Below, piece after piece: positions 10,674 to 22,393 of a stretch of DNA of 64,000 nucleotides. The DNA comes from an uncultured Spirochaetota bacterium (GTDB taxonomy: Bacteria > Spirochaetota > Brevinematia > Brevinematales > JAOACQ01). Made by a program: the position numbers and the translations under genes. Location: NCBI GenBank assembly GCA_963783575.1, contig CAWAOD010000009.1, forward strand, positions 352,001 to 416,000, read 5' to 3'. How positions within the stretch are numbered: position 1 is the first letter of the stretch; each line of letters begins with the position of its first letter. Below the pieces are notes generated by a model, which ran no database searches, was not told the origin of the DNA, and worked only from the letters and a program-made list of their open reading frames with translations.

Positions 10674-11147
10674 ATGAAAAGGATGATTTTTGTTGCTATA
10701 ATCTTATGTGCGTTATTTATTGGAGAAGCTTTTGCCAAAGAGATGAATTCATTATCAGGTATAGGATTATATGGTAATCTTGCAGGAAGCGGCTCCAGCG
10801 CTTTCGGGGGAGGCATTGGCGCCACATTAAAATTCGGAAATTTCCCGGTATTAGGCATTGAGTATAATTTTGGCCAAACTGCAAGGGTTGGTGTCAGTTG
10901 TGATTATTGGGTACTTAACAGCCACCTTACAGGAGCTTTAAATTATTATATAGGTATCGGTGGATATGCAGGTTTAGGCCTGGGTGCAAATGGCGGAATT
11001 GATGCCGGCGGCAGAATTCCGATAGGTATTCAGATGTATCCGCTTCAGAAACTGGAATTATTTGCTGAAATAGCTCCAACGGTACCTCTATTTCCCACTA
11101 TAGGTATCGGTTATTCAATACGCATTGGTCTACGGGTCAATTTTTAA
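10674..11147 (+). CDS. Small outer-membrane beta-barrel protein (DUF3996-like)
   Basis: Signal peptide, Gly/aromatic strands, GRIPIG...ELFAEIAP, terminal F. Confidence 0.7.
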   Translation: MKRMIFVAIILCALFIGEAFAKEMNSLSGIGLYGNLAGSGSSAFGGGIGATLKFGNFPVLGIEYNFGQTARVGVSCDYWVLNSHLTGALNYYIGIGGYAGLGLGANGGIDAGGRIPIGIQMYPLQKLELFAEIAPTVPLFPTIGIGYSIRIGLRVNF

Positions 11148-11316
11148 AAGCCATTATAATCTTTTTACTAAAAGATTTCCTAACATCTGAAAAACAGAGA
11201 ATGTCAGCACCGCAAGCCTAATTTATAAATTACATCATAATTTAAATTGCATGCTTCAGCTCGTTTAATCGAATTCCGATGTAATCAAAGGCTGATCATT
11301 ATATTTGAGGACTATT

Positions 11317-12096
11317 ATGAAAAATGTTTTGACTTTTATTATATTTCTATTGATATTTTCAAATGTTTATACTGAAGGCAATGTATTTGTTTTGTGCTAT
11401 CATACATTTTTGGGTAAGAATTTTGATACCGATTTCCCGCCGGAAACATTCAGCAATCAGATTGAAAAATTAAAAAATATGGGTTACAGGTTTGTAAGCT
11501 TTAATGATATAGTTAATTCTAATGTAACCGGTGATACAAATATTTTAATAACGATAGATGACGGTAATCATTCGGTCGATGCGGTCTATAATAATTTACT
11601 GTTGTCTAATAATATCAAACCCATACTTTTTATATATCCGGCAATAATTAACAAAATGCATTATGCGCTTACATTCAATAAGTTAAAGGAATATATGAAG
11701 GATGGCGCCACAATAGGTGCTCACGGTTATTATCATCTTTATGTTACCGAAAAGCTTTTTAAGAAAAGCCGAAGTTCTTTTAATAGAGAAATATACAGAT
11801 CAAAATCAAAACTTGAAAAGGGACTGTCAAGAAATATTAATATTTACGCTTATCCTTACGGCTCATTTTCCGGCATAACTATCGAATATTTAAAAAAAGC
11901 GGGATTCCAGTATGCTTTTTCATTAAAACAGGGAATGCTTCATGTTCCCCTGGCTGAAAATGCAAACCCATATAATTTACCAAGGTATATAGTTGAAAAA
12001 AGCACCTGGAAGAATATTTATTCAACGCTGAAAAAAAATGTTGACATAAACAGCCGTATTGTTCATAAAAAGAGGAAAAGGTATGCGAATATCTAA
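11317..12096 (+). CDS. Polysaccharide deacetylase (CE4)
   Basis: LCYH, ITIDDG, GAHGYYH and AYPYG motifs. Confidence 0.9.
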   Translation: MKNVLTFIIFLLIFSNVYTEGNVFVLCYHTFLGKNFDTDFPPETFSNQIEKLKNMGYRFVSFNDIVNSNVTGDTNILITIDDGNHSVDAVYNNLLLSNNIKPILFIYPAIINKMHYALTFNKLKEYMKDGATIGAHGYYHLYVTEKLFKKSRSSFNREIYRSKSKLEKGLSRNINIYAYPYGSFSGITIEYLKKAGFQYAFSLKQGMLHVPLAENANPYNLPRYIVEKSTWKNIYSTLKKNVDINSRIVHKKRKRYANI

Positions 12097-13865
12097 GATT
12101 GCAGTATCGCAGATAAATCTAACAGTCGGAAATATTGAGAATAATCTGAAAAAGATTAAAGATGAAATCGGCATGGCGTTAAAACAAAAAGCCGATATTA
12201 TAGCGTTTCCCGAATTGACAATAACCGGCTACCCTCCGGAAGACCTAGTATTCAAACCACAATTTCTGGATTCAAATCTTAAGGGACTTGAAGAAATCAT
12301 AGATTTTTCAAAGAGTAAGGATTTATTAATAATTACAGGATTTATAGACAGGCAAAACGATAATATTTATAATTCTGCCGGAATCATTTACAATGGTACT
12401 CTTGTAGATGTCTATCACAAAATTTACTTACCGAATTATGGGGTTTTTGATGAACAAAGGTATTTTTCATCAGGCAATGAAATTCCTGTTTATCTTTTTA
12501 AAGGCATCAAATTCGGAGTAAACATCTGTGAGGACATTTGGTATCCCGGAGGGCCTCTCCATTATCAGGCACTTGTCGGAAATGCCGAAGCCGCAATAAA
12601 TATAAGCGCTTCTCCATTTCATGCGGGCAAACAAGACTACCGTGAAAGGATGTATGCTACGCGCGCAGGTGACGAGTCAATCGTGCTGATAAACTGTAAC
12701 CTTGTAGGCGGCCAGGATGAGCTTCGTTTTTGATGGAAATTCCACGGTTTATGATTCCAGTGGAGAATTGGCCGCAAGACTTAAATCCTTTGAAGAAGAT
12801 TTTGTAGTAATGGATATAGATTTGGATGCGGTTTTCAGAAAGAGGCTCAAGGATATCAGGAGAAAACAGGAAAGGAAAACCGGACCGGTTTCACCGTTTA
12901 ATCTTAAATTTATTGAAATCGTTCAAAGCAAAATAATGGAAGCGCCGCCCGATAATTATAGATCTATGTGCAGGCCGCTTGGTTACCAGCCGGAAAAAAC
13001 CGTTTTGAAAAGCGAGATACAATCGGTTTATGAGGCGCTGGTTCTTGGAACAAAAGATTATGTTGATAAAAACGGTTTCCGCAATGTGGTTGTTGCAATA
13101 AGCGGTGGCATCGATTCGGCGCTTGTTTCAACAATAGCGGTAGATGCACTGGGGAATGAACGGGTAAAAGGAATTTATCTCCCTTCGCAGTTTTCTGCCG
13201 GTATCAGCGGAATAGATGCCAAAGAACTTGCCGGCAATTTAGGGATAGAGCTTATTGAAATACCTATTTCCGGGATCTTTGAAAAGCTAAGGGATGAGCT
13301 CGCTCCGGTATTTAAAGATCTCCCTTTCGGTATTGCCGAAGAAAACCTGCAGTCAAGAATACGCGGCAATATTGTGATGGCCTTATCGAATAAATTCGGG
13401 TGGCTTGTTCTTACAACCGGAAACAAAAGCGAAATGAGCACTGGATACGCGACACTTTACGGAGATATGGCGGGCGGTTTTGCCGTCATAAAAGACGTCC
13501 TGAAAACAACGGTTTACGACCTTGCCGGTTATAGGAATTCGATTAAGAAAGTGATACCTGACAGGATAATAACAAGGCCTCCTTCGGCTGAACTCAGGCC
13601 GGATCAGAAGGATTCCGACAGCCTGCCGGAATATTCTGTTCTGGACATAATCATTCACGGATATGTCGAAGAGGATAAGACCGTTCTGGAAATCATAGAA
13701 GAAATAGGCGACAGTGCGCTTGTTAAAAAAGTAATCCGCATGATCGATTTAAGTGAATATAAAAGAAGACAGGCTCCTCCCGGAATTAAAATTACTCCGC
13801 GGGCTTTCGGCAGGGACAGAAGAATGCCGATTACAAATGGTTATAAAACTTTTGAGGCCCGGTAA
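12083..13865 (+). CDS. nadE: Glutamine-dependent NAD+ synthetase, split by an apparent 1-bp insertion near 12726
   Basis: Nitrilase domain (FPEL, ICEDIW) plus synthetase domain (SGGIDS, TGNKSE). GGQDEL-VFDG is broken by one extra base (ctt c gtt ttt gat). Confidence 0.9.
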
Positions 13866-13867
13866 TC

Positions 13868-14887
13868 ATGCTTATACTGGGAATCGAGACTTCCTGCGAC
13901 GAAACCTCCGCCGCTCTTGTGGAAGACGGAAAAAATATCATTTCAAACATAGTGTACTCACAGATAGAAATTCATAAAAAATTTAACGGCGTTGTTCCGG
14001 AAATAGCTTCACGCAATCACATCATTAAAATCCTGGACGTAATCGATGAAGCGGTGAAGAATGTTCCTTCCGGTAAAATTGACGCGGTTGCCGTCACAAA
14101 TGGCCCCGGACTTATCGGAAGCCTGCTGGTCGGTCTGACAACGGCAAAAGGAATTTCTTATACAAAAAATATTCCGCTGATTCCAGTCAACCATATTGAA
14201 GCGCATATGTACGCGCCCCATCTTTTTCAAACAATAGAATTTCCATATATCGCCCTTGTCGTATCGGGAGGTCACACCCTTATTACAATTGTGAAATCAT
14301 TCGGTAAAATAAAAATAATCGGTTCAACAATAGATGACGCTATTGGGGAAGCCTTCGACAAAACAGCGAAATTACTCGGATTGGGATATCCCGGGGGACC
14401 GGTTATTGACCGCTTGGCAAAAGAAGGGGACACGGAAAGGATGCCGGAATTCCGTAATATGCCGGTTATTCTGCCGGATAAGGGAAATGACAGGTATAAT
14501 TTCAGTTACAGCGGGCTTAAAACAGCCATCGCATTCAGGTTAAAAAATATTTCTTTAAATGAGCAGAATATCAGGGATATATCGGCAAGTTTCCAGAAAA
14601 CGGCAGTGGAAATTCTTATTAGAAAAGCAAAAAACGCATTAAGTGATTTTAACCTTAATAGGCTTGTAATTTCTGGCGGAGTTGCTGCAAACAGCTTTCT
14701 TCGCACCGAATTTGAGGGACTAAAAAAAGAAGGAATTGAAATATTCACGGCTCCCGTTGAATATTGCGGTGATAATGCCGGAATGGTTGCCGGAAGGGGT
14801 TATCAGGATTTTTTTCTGGGTAAAACCGGGGATTTAAGGACGGAGGTTTTTTCACGCCAGCCTTTGATAATCAAGGGAAAAAGATAG
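13868..14887 (+). CDS. tsaD: tRNA N6-threonylcarbamoyladenosine transferase TsaD
   Basis: LGIETSCDET, HIEAH, VSGGHT, GEAFDK and DNAGM motifs. Confidence 0.96.
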   Translation: MLILGIETSCDETSAALVEDGKNIISNIVYSQIEIHKKFNGVVPEIASRNHIIKILDVIDEAVKNVPSGKIDAVAVTNGPGLIGSLLVGLTTAKGISYTKNIPLIPVNHIEAHMYAPHLFQTIEFPYIALVVSGGHTLITIVKSFGKIKIIGSTIDDAIGEAFDKTAKLLGLGYPGGPVIDRLAKEGDTERMPEFRNMPVILPDKGNDRYNFSYSGLKTAIAFRLKNISLNEQNIRDISASFQKTAVEILIRKAKNALSDFNLNRLVISGGVAANSFLRTEFEGLKKEGIEIFTAPVEYCGDNAGMVAGRGYQDFFLGKTGDLRTEVFSRQPLIIKGKR

Positions 14888-14896
14888 GAAAATATT

Positions 14897-15739
14897 ATGC
14901 GGAAAAATGGTATAAATCATACATGCCCGGTCTGCGGCGGCAATAAATCATCAATTATCTTTAAGAATGAACAATTCATCCTTTATTCCTGCCGGCGGTG
15001 CCGCTCAAATTTTCAGGACCGGCTTAAGGATATTGATAAGCCTTATGATGAAAAATATTTTTCCGATAACCATGTCCGGGCTTATGGAACAAGTTATATC
15101 GGGGATGAGGAAAATATACGCTCCATTTCAAGAAGACGCCTTGAAAATATTAAAAAGCTCTTGCCTTCCGGGAAAACTCTTCTGGATGTTGGTTCAGCAA
15201 TGGGAATATTCTGCTCCGAAGCAATAAAAGCAGGTCTGGAATCAAAGGGAGCGGAAATTTCGGAATACGCCAGGGAATATACCAGAAGCCGCTTTAATAT
15301 TGATTGCTACCCCGATTTTATGGATATCGAGGAAAAGTTCGACTGCGTTACTCTATGGTTTACGCTGGAACACATTGAAAATCCCGGATTATGGATTCAA
15401 AAATGCCATTCATTGCTGAATAACGGAGGCTTGATTTGCATCGCCATTCCGAACGGCAGGGGAGCTTTCGCTCTTTTTAATCCCGGAGATTATTTCAAAG
15501 CGCGTCCGGTTGAACATTATTTTGAACCTTCATTAAAGGGTTTGAAAATTCTGTTTAAAAAATCAGGCTTTAAAATCGAAAAATTTGAATATTTTGGCCT
15601 TCATCCGGAAAGAATAAAATTTCTGGGAAAGCCGCTTCCACAATTGAAAATACTTCAGAACCTTCAAAAAATATTACGTTCAGGAGACACTCTTGAGGTC
15701 TACGCCGAGAAAATTAATGCATTCTATAAGGATCATTGA
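14897..15739 (+). CDS. Class I SAM-dependent methyltransferase with N-terminal Zn ribbon
   Basis: CPVC...CRRC, LLDVGSAMG, LEHI. Confidence 0.85.
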   Translation: MRKNGINHTCPVCGGNKSSIIFKNEQFILYSCRRCRSNFQDRLKDIDKPYDEKYFSDNHVRAYGTSYIGDEENIRSISRRRLENIKKLLPSGKTLLDVGSAMGIFCSEAIKAGLESKGAEISEYAREYTRSRFNIDCYPDFMDIEEKFDCVTLWFTLEHIENPGLWIQKCHSLLNNGGLICIAIPNGRGAFALFNPGDYFKARPVEHYFEPSLKGLKILFKKSGFKIEKFEYFGLHPERIKFLGKPLPQLKILQNLQKILRSGDTLEVYAEKINAFYKDH

Positions 15740-16667
15740 TATTTTCATTCCAAACAACATTTGGCTTGCCCCGATGGCCGGTTACACCGGTAAAGCCCTA
15801 AGAGAATTTGCAAAAATATTCGGGGCAGGATTAACTTTTACGGAAATGGTAAGCCTTGAAGGTTTGATAAGAGGAGATAAGAGAACCCTCAAATACATTG
15901 ATATCAATAACGATGAAAATACAGTTATACAGCTCTTCGGTAAAAACGAGCCTGAAAAGTTTTACAGGGCCGGAAAAATCCTTCAAGAAAGATCGGGAGC
16001 GAAACTGGTTGATATCAATTTCGGATGCCCGGTTAGGAAGGTAATCCGCAACGAAGCCGGATCATTCCTTCTCAAAACTCCCGGGGCCATGGCGGATATT
16101 GTAAAGGCCCTCAAAGATTCAGGCCTTTCGGTTTCTGCAAAAATACGCTCCGGCTTTGATTGTATCAATATTGAAGAGACAATACCGGCTTTAAATCTTG
16201 CCGGAGCAGACATGATCATCGTACACCCAAGGCTTGCCGTTCAATTTTATAACGGCGCCGCGGACTGGAATCTGATAAAGAAAGCCGGTGAATTAACTGA
16301 TAGAGTACTGATAGCAAGCGGTGATGTCAAGTCTCCGGAAGATGCAAAAATAATCTTGGAACTTACTCTTGCAGACGGGTTGATGATCGGCAGAAAAGCT
16401 GTCGGATCACCATATATTTTCAAACAAATAACAGAATATTTTGAAAATGGAACTTACAAAACTTACAGCTTTGGCGAAATCAAAGAAATAATGCTTGAAT
16501 TTGCCGGCCTGTATACAGGCATTGACGGAAAAAGAGGCATTGTCCCGATCCGTTCCGAATTGATACAGTATGTGAGGGATTATAAAAACTCACGTGAGAT
16601 CCGGCATAGGATTTCACTTATTCATACAATCGATGAATTGAAAGAAATTTTAAAAGACTGGCACTAA
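15717..16667 (+). CDS. dusB: tRNA-dihydrouridine synthase (DusB-like)
   Basis: LAPMAG, DINFGCP, KIRSG and DGLMIGR motifs. Confidence 0.88.
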   Translation: MHSIRIIDIFIPNNIWLAPMAGYTGKALREFAKIFGAGLTFTEMVSLEGLIRGDKRTLKYIDINNDENTVIQLFGKNEPEKFYRAGKILQERSGAKLVDINFGCPVRKVIRNEAGSFLLKTPGAMADIVKALKDSGLSVSAKIRSGFDCINIEETIPALNLAGADMIIVHPRLAVQFYNGAADWNLIKKAGELTDRVLIASGDVKSPEDAKIILELTLADGLMIGRKAVGSPYIFKQITEYFENGTYKTYSFGEIKEIMLEFAGLYTGIDGKRGIVPIRSELIQYVRDYKNSREIRHRISLIHTIDELKEILKDWH

Positions 16668-16687
16668 CAAGCGTGCCCCTTCGTCAA

Positions 16688-18378
16688 CAGACTGTGTGAA
16701 AACACAGTAAATATGCTATAATTATTAGAACAAAAATAATCGGAGTAAAAGATGAAGCATATTGAGGGAGAATCAAGGGATCAGATAGTTCTGTTCAATG
16801 AAACACTGGAAGATCTGTTAGGAGAAGAAGATCCGGTAAGGTTTATAGATATTTTTGTTGATAAGCTAAATATGAAAGGAGTTGGTTTTAAAGTAAAAGA
16901 AGCATCAACCGGCAGAAGTTCATATAAATCCGAAATACTTTTAAAAATCTATATTTACGGATATTTGAATAAAATCAGGACAAGCAGGAAATTAGAGAGA
17001 GAGTGCCGAAGAAACACAGAGTTGATGTGGCTGACTGGACGACTAGCGCCGGATTTCAAGACGATTGCCGACTTCAGGAAAGATAATAAGAAGGGAATAC
17101 AGTCGATATTCAGAGAATTTTTGAAGATATGTCATAAAGCCGGGCTTTTATCATTTGACGTTGTTGGAATTGATGGAACCAAGATCAGTGCGCAAAACCA
17201 CAATAACAATGTTTATCATAGGAAAAACATAGAAGAAATCATACATAGAATAGATCAAAAGATCGAAGAATATTTGAATGAGATGGATAAGAACGATAAG
17301 GAAGAAAAGAATGAATTTGAATTTCTTTCCGGAAAGATAGCGGAACGTTTAAAGAAAATGAAAACAAAAAAGGATAAAGTTGAGGCTATTAAAAAGATTT
17401 TTGAGGGAAATCCTGAAATGGAGAAATATTATTCAAATGACCCGGAAAGCCGGTTTATGAATGATAAAGGGAAATCCGACATTGCATATAATCTGCAGAT
17501 GGCAGTAGATGATGCGAATAAACTGATTGTGGTGATTGATGTGACGAATGAAAACAATGATATCAAACAGATGGCAGGAATGTGTGACCGAGTAGAAGAA
17601 ATAAAGGACGAGCTTAAGGTAGAGACTGAAACGGTCAAAGTATCGGATGCCGGTTATTACAGCGAACCGCAGATACTGGAATGTATAGATAAGGGACATA
17701 ACGTATATATGCCGAATCCGGATGACGGACATAAGGCAAGGATTCGAGGCAAAGAAGATAATAAAGGAGTACCTGCTGAAGAATACCAGGTTGATAAATT
17801 CAAATATGATCCGGGACAAAATGTTTATTATTGTCCGGAGGGAAACCCATTAGTGAGAAATGGGAAAAAAGTAGAGAAGGTCAATGGAGGAAAAGAGATA
17901 GTCAGGTACAAGTGCGGCTTATGCAGCCAATGTGAAGTAAGAAATAAGTGTACTGAAAGCGTGGAAGGACGAAGTATCAAAGTACCAGTTAGAAAAGAAG
18001 AAATTGAGAACTTCAAGAGGAAAATTCGTTCTGAAGCCGGGAAAAAGATCATAGAGAAAAGGAAAGAGATATGTGAACATCCATTTGGATCGATAAAAAG
18101 GAATATGGGTTACAGTTATTTTTTAATGAAGGGAAAGGATGGCGTTCTGACGGAATCCAGTTTGGCAGGATTCATTCATAATTTAATAAAAGTATTGAAT
18201 ATATTGGGAATAAAGAGACTTATGACTCTGGTTTGATGCTAATAAACCATCGTTTATCGTATTCGGATAGATTTTTTAAACTAAGATTTTTTTAGCTTGA
18301 AAAATATATCAAAAAATGGAGTCTTTGTATAATTAATCGATTTTACTATAAAATTTTACTGAGTTTTCACACAGTCTG
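16688..18378 (+). mobile_element. IS1182-family element A, copy 2
   Basis: Same 16-bp IRs as copy 1; transposase protein identical. Confidence 0.93.
16752..18236 (+). CDS. IS1182-family DDE transposase
   Basis: Identical protein to 7446..8930. Confidence 0.93.
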   Translation: MKHIEGESRDQIVLFNETLEDLLGEEDPVRFIDIFVDKLNMKGVGFKVKEASTGRSSYKSEILLKIYIYGYLNKIRTSRKLERECRRNTELMWLTGRLAPDFKTIADFRKDNKKGIQSIFREFLKICHKAGLLSFDVVGIDGTKISAQNHNNNVYHRKNIEEIIHRIDQKIEEYLNEMDKNDKEEKNEFEFLSGKIAERLKKMKTKKDKVEAIKKIFEGNPEMEKYYSNDPESRFMNDKGKSDIAYNLQMAVDDANKLIVVIDVTNENNDIKQMAGMCDRVEEIKDELKVETETVKVSDAGYYSEPQILECIDKGHNVYMPNPDDGHKARIRGKEDNKGVPAEEYQVDKFKYDPGQNVYYCPEGNPLVRNGKKVEKVNGGKEIVRYKCGLCSQCEVRNKCTESVEGRSIKVPVRKEEIENFKRKIRSEAGKKIIEKRKEICEHPFGSIKRNMGYSYFLMKGKDGVLTESSLAGFIHNLIKVLNILGIKRLMTLV

Positions 18379-18383
18379 CAGGC

Positions 18384-20021
18384 TCAGGGCAGGCTATCAT
18401 GCTGCTTGATATAATCCTTATAATATAGAAGTTTCTCATCCTTGGGAAAGAACTTCAAGCCTTCATTTACAATTTCAAGGGCATGCCGGTAATTTTTGTT
18501 ATCAATTTCTTTGCCTGCTAACATATGATAAGCGACTTTCAGATTATCTCTTAAAGTGGAATTTTCCGGCTGATAAACCAGGGCAATTTTCAGATAGTAT
18601 ATTCCTTTTTCCAGTTCTTCGCTATTAAAATATTTATTTGCCGTATTTCCGGCAACATAAGCAATGTTATTCAGCAAAGTCCCGGACTTTGGAAAAGTTT
18701 TCAAGCCGTTTTTAATTATCTCAATACCTCTGTCAGGATTTCCGGATTCGTAAAATTTTATTCCGACATCCGAGTAGTAATTTTCCAGAATAATATCCAG
18801 GTTTGCATCTTTAAATAAACTATGCCAGTCGAGAATAAAATCCTCGTCATATGGGTAATTTTCCCAATCCGATATCAATTTTTCACCGAGTAAATTCATC
18901 CCGTTTATCATAAGATTCTTTATATTTTGGGAACCTGGTTTCTCTTTTAGAAATTTTTGCCCGGTTTGAAATGCGTTGGTAAAATCCCTGTCTTTATTGA
19001 TCATTTTATAAAGTATTCTTGTATAAAGATTGTCCTCGATATCTTCATTGCGGCCTACTATTTTTACGGCATTGTCATAAGCGTTAAAAGCATCCGCATA
19101 CCGGTTGGATTCTATAATTTGATTTAGGTATTTATCCAGACTATAAAAATAATTGCTTACAAACATTTCTTTGTTAGGCAGATTTGAGATTGCCTCGCCT
19201 GAAATATTTAAAGCCCTCTGGTAATCTCTTTTCACATCAGTTAAATAAATACCATATTGACTGTATGCTGCAACTGCATTTGTACTTACATAAATCCCGC
19301 CCTGGTAAACTGCCAGAGATTTTAACGCGCTCTGAAAGGCTGATTGTGTTTGCCCAAGCTGTGAAGCAAAATATGCGATATTGCCGTAAGTATAAGCAAT
19401 TATTCCCTTATTATCGACAACTTCGATCTGGCTGCTTTCATGGCTGTATGCAAATCCTGTAAGCCTTCTGAAAAAGTCCTGGGCTTCTTTATTTGTTCCT
19501 ATATCAAAGCCGTAAGGGCTTGTGTTTTCAACATCGATCTCGCGTCCGTTGAAAGTAAGCATGGAATAGATATGAGTCGGCAGCACTACAGCCCTGTATG
19601 GAATTTTGAAGTCCTCAAGAAGGCTTGAATATAATACTGTGGATGAAAGGCAGTTGTACCTTCCGGTCTTTAACAGGACATCAAGAGTTGTTGAAGATAC
19701 ATCATATCTGTTTAAAAGCCTGCGGTGCATTTCATTAAAAAGAGTCTTCGCAGTTTCAAACTGGTTGTCAAAATTGATCAAAGGCTTGACGCTTTCCTCA
19801 AAATTATTTATTTGAGTCAGGTAAAACTGCAAATTTTCGGGTTTTATGCCTGAAACCAGGAGCGATGCCGTTTTCAGGTCGAATTTTTCAGTATGAATTA
19901 AAAGCTGGTATTCCATAGAATTTGTGTCGAGTTCCAGAAATTTTGAAATAAAAGCATAGCTGTTTAAGAAAATGAATTGTATTATTAAAATTAAAACTAC
20001 CCTTTTCATATAAAATTTCAA
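18384..20021 (-). CDS. Secreted transglutaminase-like plus TPR-repeat protein
   Basis: Signal peptide; YNCLSS...PTHIY...DVENT putative Cys-His-acid triad; TPR-like helices. Confidence 0.7.
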   Translation of the reverse strand: MKFYMKRVVLILIIQFIFLNSYAFISKFLELDTNSMEYQLLIHTEKFDLKTASLLVSGIKPENLQFYLTQINNFEESVKPLINFDNQFETAKTLFNEMHRRLLNRYDVSSTTLDVLLKTGRYNCLSSTVLYSSLLEDFKIPYRAVVLPTHIYSMLTFNGREIDVENTSPYGFDIGTNKEAQDFFRRLTGFAYSHESSQIEVVDNKGIIAYTYGNIAYFASQLGQTQSAFQSALKSLAVYQGGIYVSTNAVAAYSQYGIYLTDVKRDYQRALNISGEAISNLPNKEMFVSNYFYSLDKYLNQIIESNRYADAFNAYDNAVKIVGRNEDIEDNLYTRILYKMINKDRDFTNAFQTGQKFLKEKPGSQNIKNLMINGMNLLGEKLISDWENYPYDEDFILDWHSLFKDANLDIILENYYSDVGIKFYESGNPDRGIEIIKNGLKTFPKSGTLLNNIAYVAGNTANKYFNSEELEKGIYYLKIALVYQPENSTLRDNLKVAYHMLAGKEIDNKNYRHALEIVNEGLKFFPKDEKLLYYKDYIKQHDSLP

Positions 20022-20146
20022 AGTATGGGAAAATTTGATCCCCAGACTTTCTGCCTCCCTTTACTCCTGAAAAATTTGCATTTATTATAGATTAAATAAT
20101 ATTTTCAGGGAAGTCAATCGGCTAATTCCAAAGTTCATCCGGATGG

Positions 20147-20833
20147 CTATTCCATATTATTAAGAAGCCTTTCCATCAGTTCATTAATTATTTTATAATT
20201 TGAGTTTTGATTAATTATAAATTCCGGTTTCTGAATATATTTTCCGGCAGTAAGTTCATTTCCGCAATTTTTTATCAGCCGATTAACACTTGCCGGGATT
20301 GATTCAAGGTGAAACTGTAAACCCGCCGTATTTCCATTAAAAACGAATGCCTGGTTTTCACAAGCCTCGCTTTTGGCAACATGAACCGCCCCGGGTGGAA
20401 TTGAAAACATATCCCCATGCCAGAGAAAAGCTTTAAATTTCACGGGAAAACCGAAAAACGGATTTTCAATTGATTTCTGAGATATCATTTCAATATCAAA
20501 CCACCCGATCTCTTTTTCTTTATTCCTTGTTACCTTTCCCCCCAGGACATCGGAAATAAGCTGAGCGCCAAGGCATATTCCGAGAACTTTCTTATCCATC
20601 TTAACGGCTTTTTCAATGAATTTTTTTTCAAGGGTGAGAAAAGGATAAAGATTCTCTTCATAAACATTCATCGGGCCGCCAAGAATTATTATGAAATCCT
20701 GGTTATTGACATCCGGAAGTCCTTCACCCAGAAATAATTTAGTCTTTGATAAAGTATGCCCTTTTTTTTCAGTCCATTTCCCGATATATGCCTCATCTTC
20801 AAAATCAATATTTTGCAGAATATGAATATTCAT
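20147..20833 (-). CDS. Type 1 glutamine amidotransferase
   Basis: LGGPM, GICLGAQL, WHGD and QFHLE motifs. Confidence 0.92.
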   Translation of the reverse strand: MNIHILQNIDFEDEAYIGKWTEKKGHTLSKTKLFLGEGLPDVNNQDFIIILGGPMNVYEENLYPFLTLEKKFIEKAVKMDKKVLGICLGAQLISDVLGGKVTRNKEKEIGWFDIEMISQKSIENPFFGFPVKFKAFLWHGDMFSIPPGAVHVAKSEACENQAFVFNGNTAGLQFHLESIPASVNRLIKNCGNELTAGKYIQKPEFIINQNSNYKIINELMERLLNNME

Positions 20834-20945
20834 TTATTTCTCCCGAATTTTTATCAGTTTTGAAATTAATATTAAGGAATTATAGAAGATGAATATAATT
20901 TTGTCTAAATTTTGGGTTTAAGATTTGTTTCCAGAAATTAAAAGC

Positions 20946-21737
20946 TTATGCCACATTTGAAACTGTTTCTTTTGCTCTGGCAGATAATTTTGAAAGCCTT
21001 GCGATTTCAGATTCCATCATTAAATCGGTCATTTCTTTTTTGGAAAGAATATATAATTCTTCAAATCTCAGCGCTTCATTCAGTGAATTTTCATCGCCAA
21101 GTATGGTTTCGCATGGGAGAACAACCTTACGTGTTTCAATGCATTCGATATTTTCTATAATATCGGGACTATCGTTAAATTTTGCTATGCTTTTTGAGCT
21201 GATACTCCCGCCAACCGTGAATGAAAATCCGTAATCTGCGGATTTCCTTCCGGCATAGTAAACAAGGTTCATTACAAAATCACTGTCGGGTGTAACTTCT
21301 TCATCCATGTAAGACGCACTCAAATCCGTGCGCCCAAGCGTGATATTGTCTATATTTCCCTGGGCAAGAGCAAAAATATCGTCAACCTGGCTTATGGCGT
21401 TTCTGCTTTCAATGTTGATCGACAGCTTGATTTTATTCTCTTTATAAACCGCATGGTATGCTTCGAGAAATTTCTTAAGAGCAAATTTTGTTTCCACCAT
21501 TGGGGCAATCAACCCGTCAACACCAAGCTCGACAGAATCCTTGATATCCCTGAGGGCCTCGACACCGCCGATTTTCAGGTAAAGCTTAACATCCGCTTTG
21601 TTTGTAAGCCTCCGTAAACGGACAATATCGCTGTAGCTGGACCCTTCGGCCTCAAATTCGGATTTTATCGCGACAAGATTGTATTCATTTTTTAATAATA
21701 ATATCTGATCATAAAGCAGATTTTCTATTCCAAACAT
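20946..21737 (-). CDS. HpcH/HpaI aldolase/citrate lyase family protein
   Basis: KIGGVEA, APMVET, NIES and GRTDL motifs. Confidence 0.8.
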   Translation of the reverse strand: MFGIENLLYDQILLLKNEYNLVAIKSEFEAEGSSYSDIVRLRRLTNKADVKLYLKIGGVEALRDIKDSVELGVDGLIAPMVETKFALKKFLEAYHAVYKENKIKLSINIESRNAISQVDDIFALAQGNIDNITLGRTDLSASYMDEEVTPDSDFVMNLVYYAGRKSADYGFSFTVGGSISSKSIAKFNDSPDIIENIECIETRKVVLPCETILGDENSLNEALRFEELYILSKKEMTDLMMESEIARLSKLSARAKETVSNVA

Positions 21738-21860
21738 AAAATCCTCCGTCTTTATATTTTTCGATATAAATTAAAATTAAATTAATGAAACTGGAAATAT
21801 TTTTCAAAACTTACTTTTTAGCAAAGGGTGAAAACGATCCTGAGTTATTTCAGGGAAGCA

Positions 21861-22393
21861 CCGCTCGAGAGAGCGGATTGCTATCGGAAGCTCGCTGCGG
21901 CGAATCACACTCATGCCGATGCGGTAATGCCAAGGTAAGCAAACAAGAAAGCATCCCTGGCATTATGCAGTTTTGATTAGAACATGTCTGGGTAAGACAA
22001 AACTGCCCAGCTTTTGCAAAGAGACTGCAGAATTGTCTTTCTAAAGTTGGTTCTTATCAATTCTGCAAATTATCCGGTCTGCTATTCATTACACTAGCCC
22101 GGATAATACGGCCGCATCCTTGATTTTGCTGAAAAATGAATTAAAATTTGAAAACTATAACCAACCTTTTCTAATTGTATTTATAACTCATTGTTATAAA
22201 ATAGGATATGACACCAATAAAATACTGTTTATTAAACATTTTAAGATTTATGATGATTTTCAGTGAACACATCCGTGCGGCCTATCTCTATGAGTGTGTT
22301 TTGCCCCCGCTAGCCGGGATTTAAATAAACGATTCTTTATGATTATCAACAAGCTGAAATTATCTGTTCTTTCTGGTTCTTGACCGGCTGTTC
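21861..22393. repeat. Dispersed structured non-coding element, copy A
   Basis: Shares the ccgctcgagag(a/g)gcgg...ggaag..cgctgcg start and an approximately 60-bp tail ending ccggctgttc with 29790..30040. Arms 21900-21914 and 22290-22304 are complementary. Confidence 0.6.

Noticed and set aside
21785..21976. 63-aa ORF, and likewise 29649..29891
   Set aside because: They overlap the structured repeat elements and have no recognisable motifs; probably spurious.
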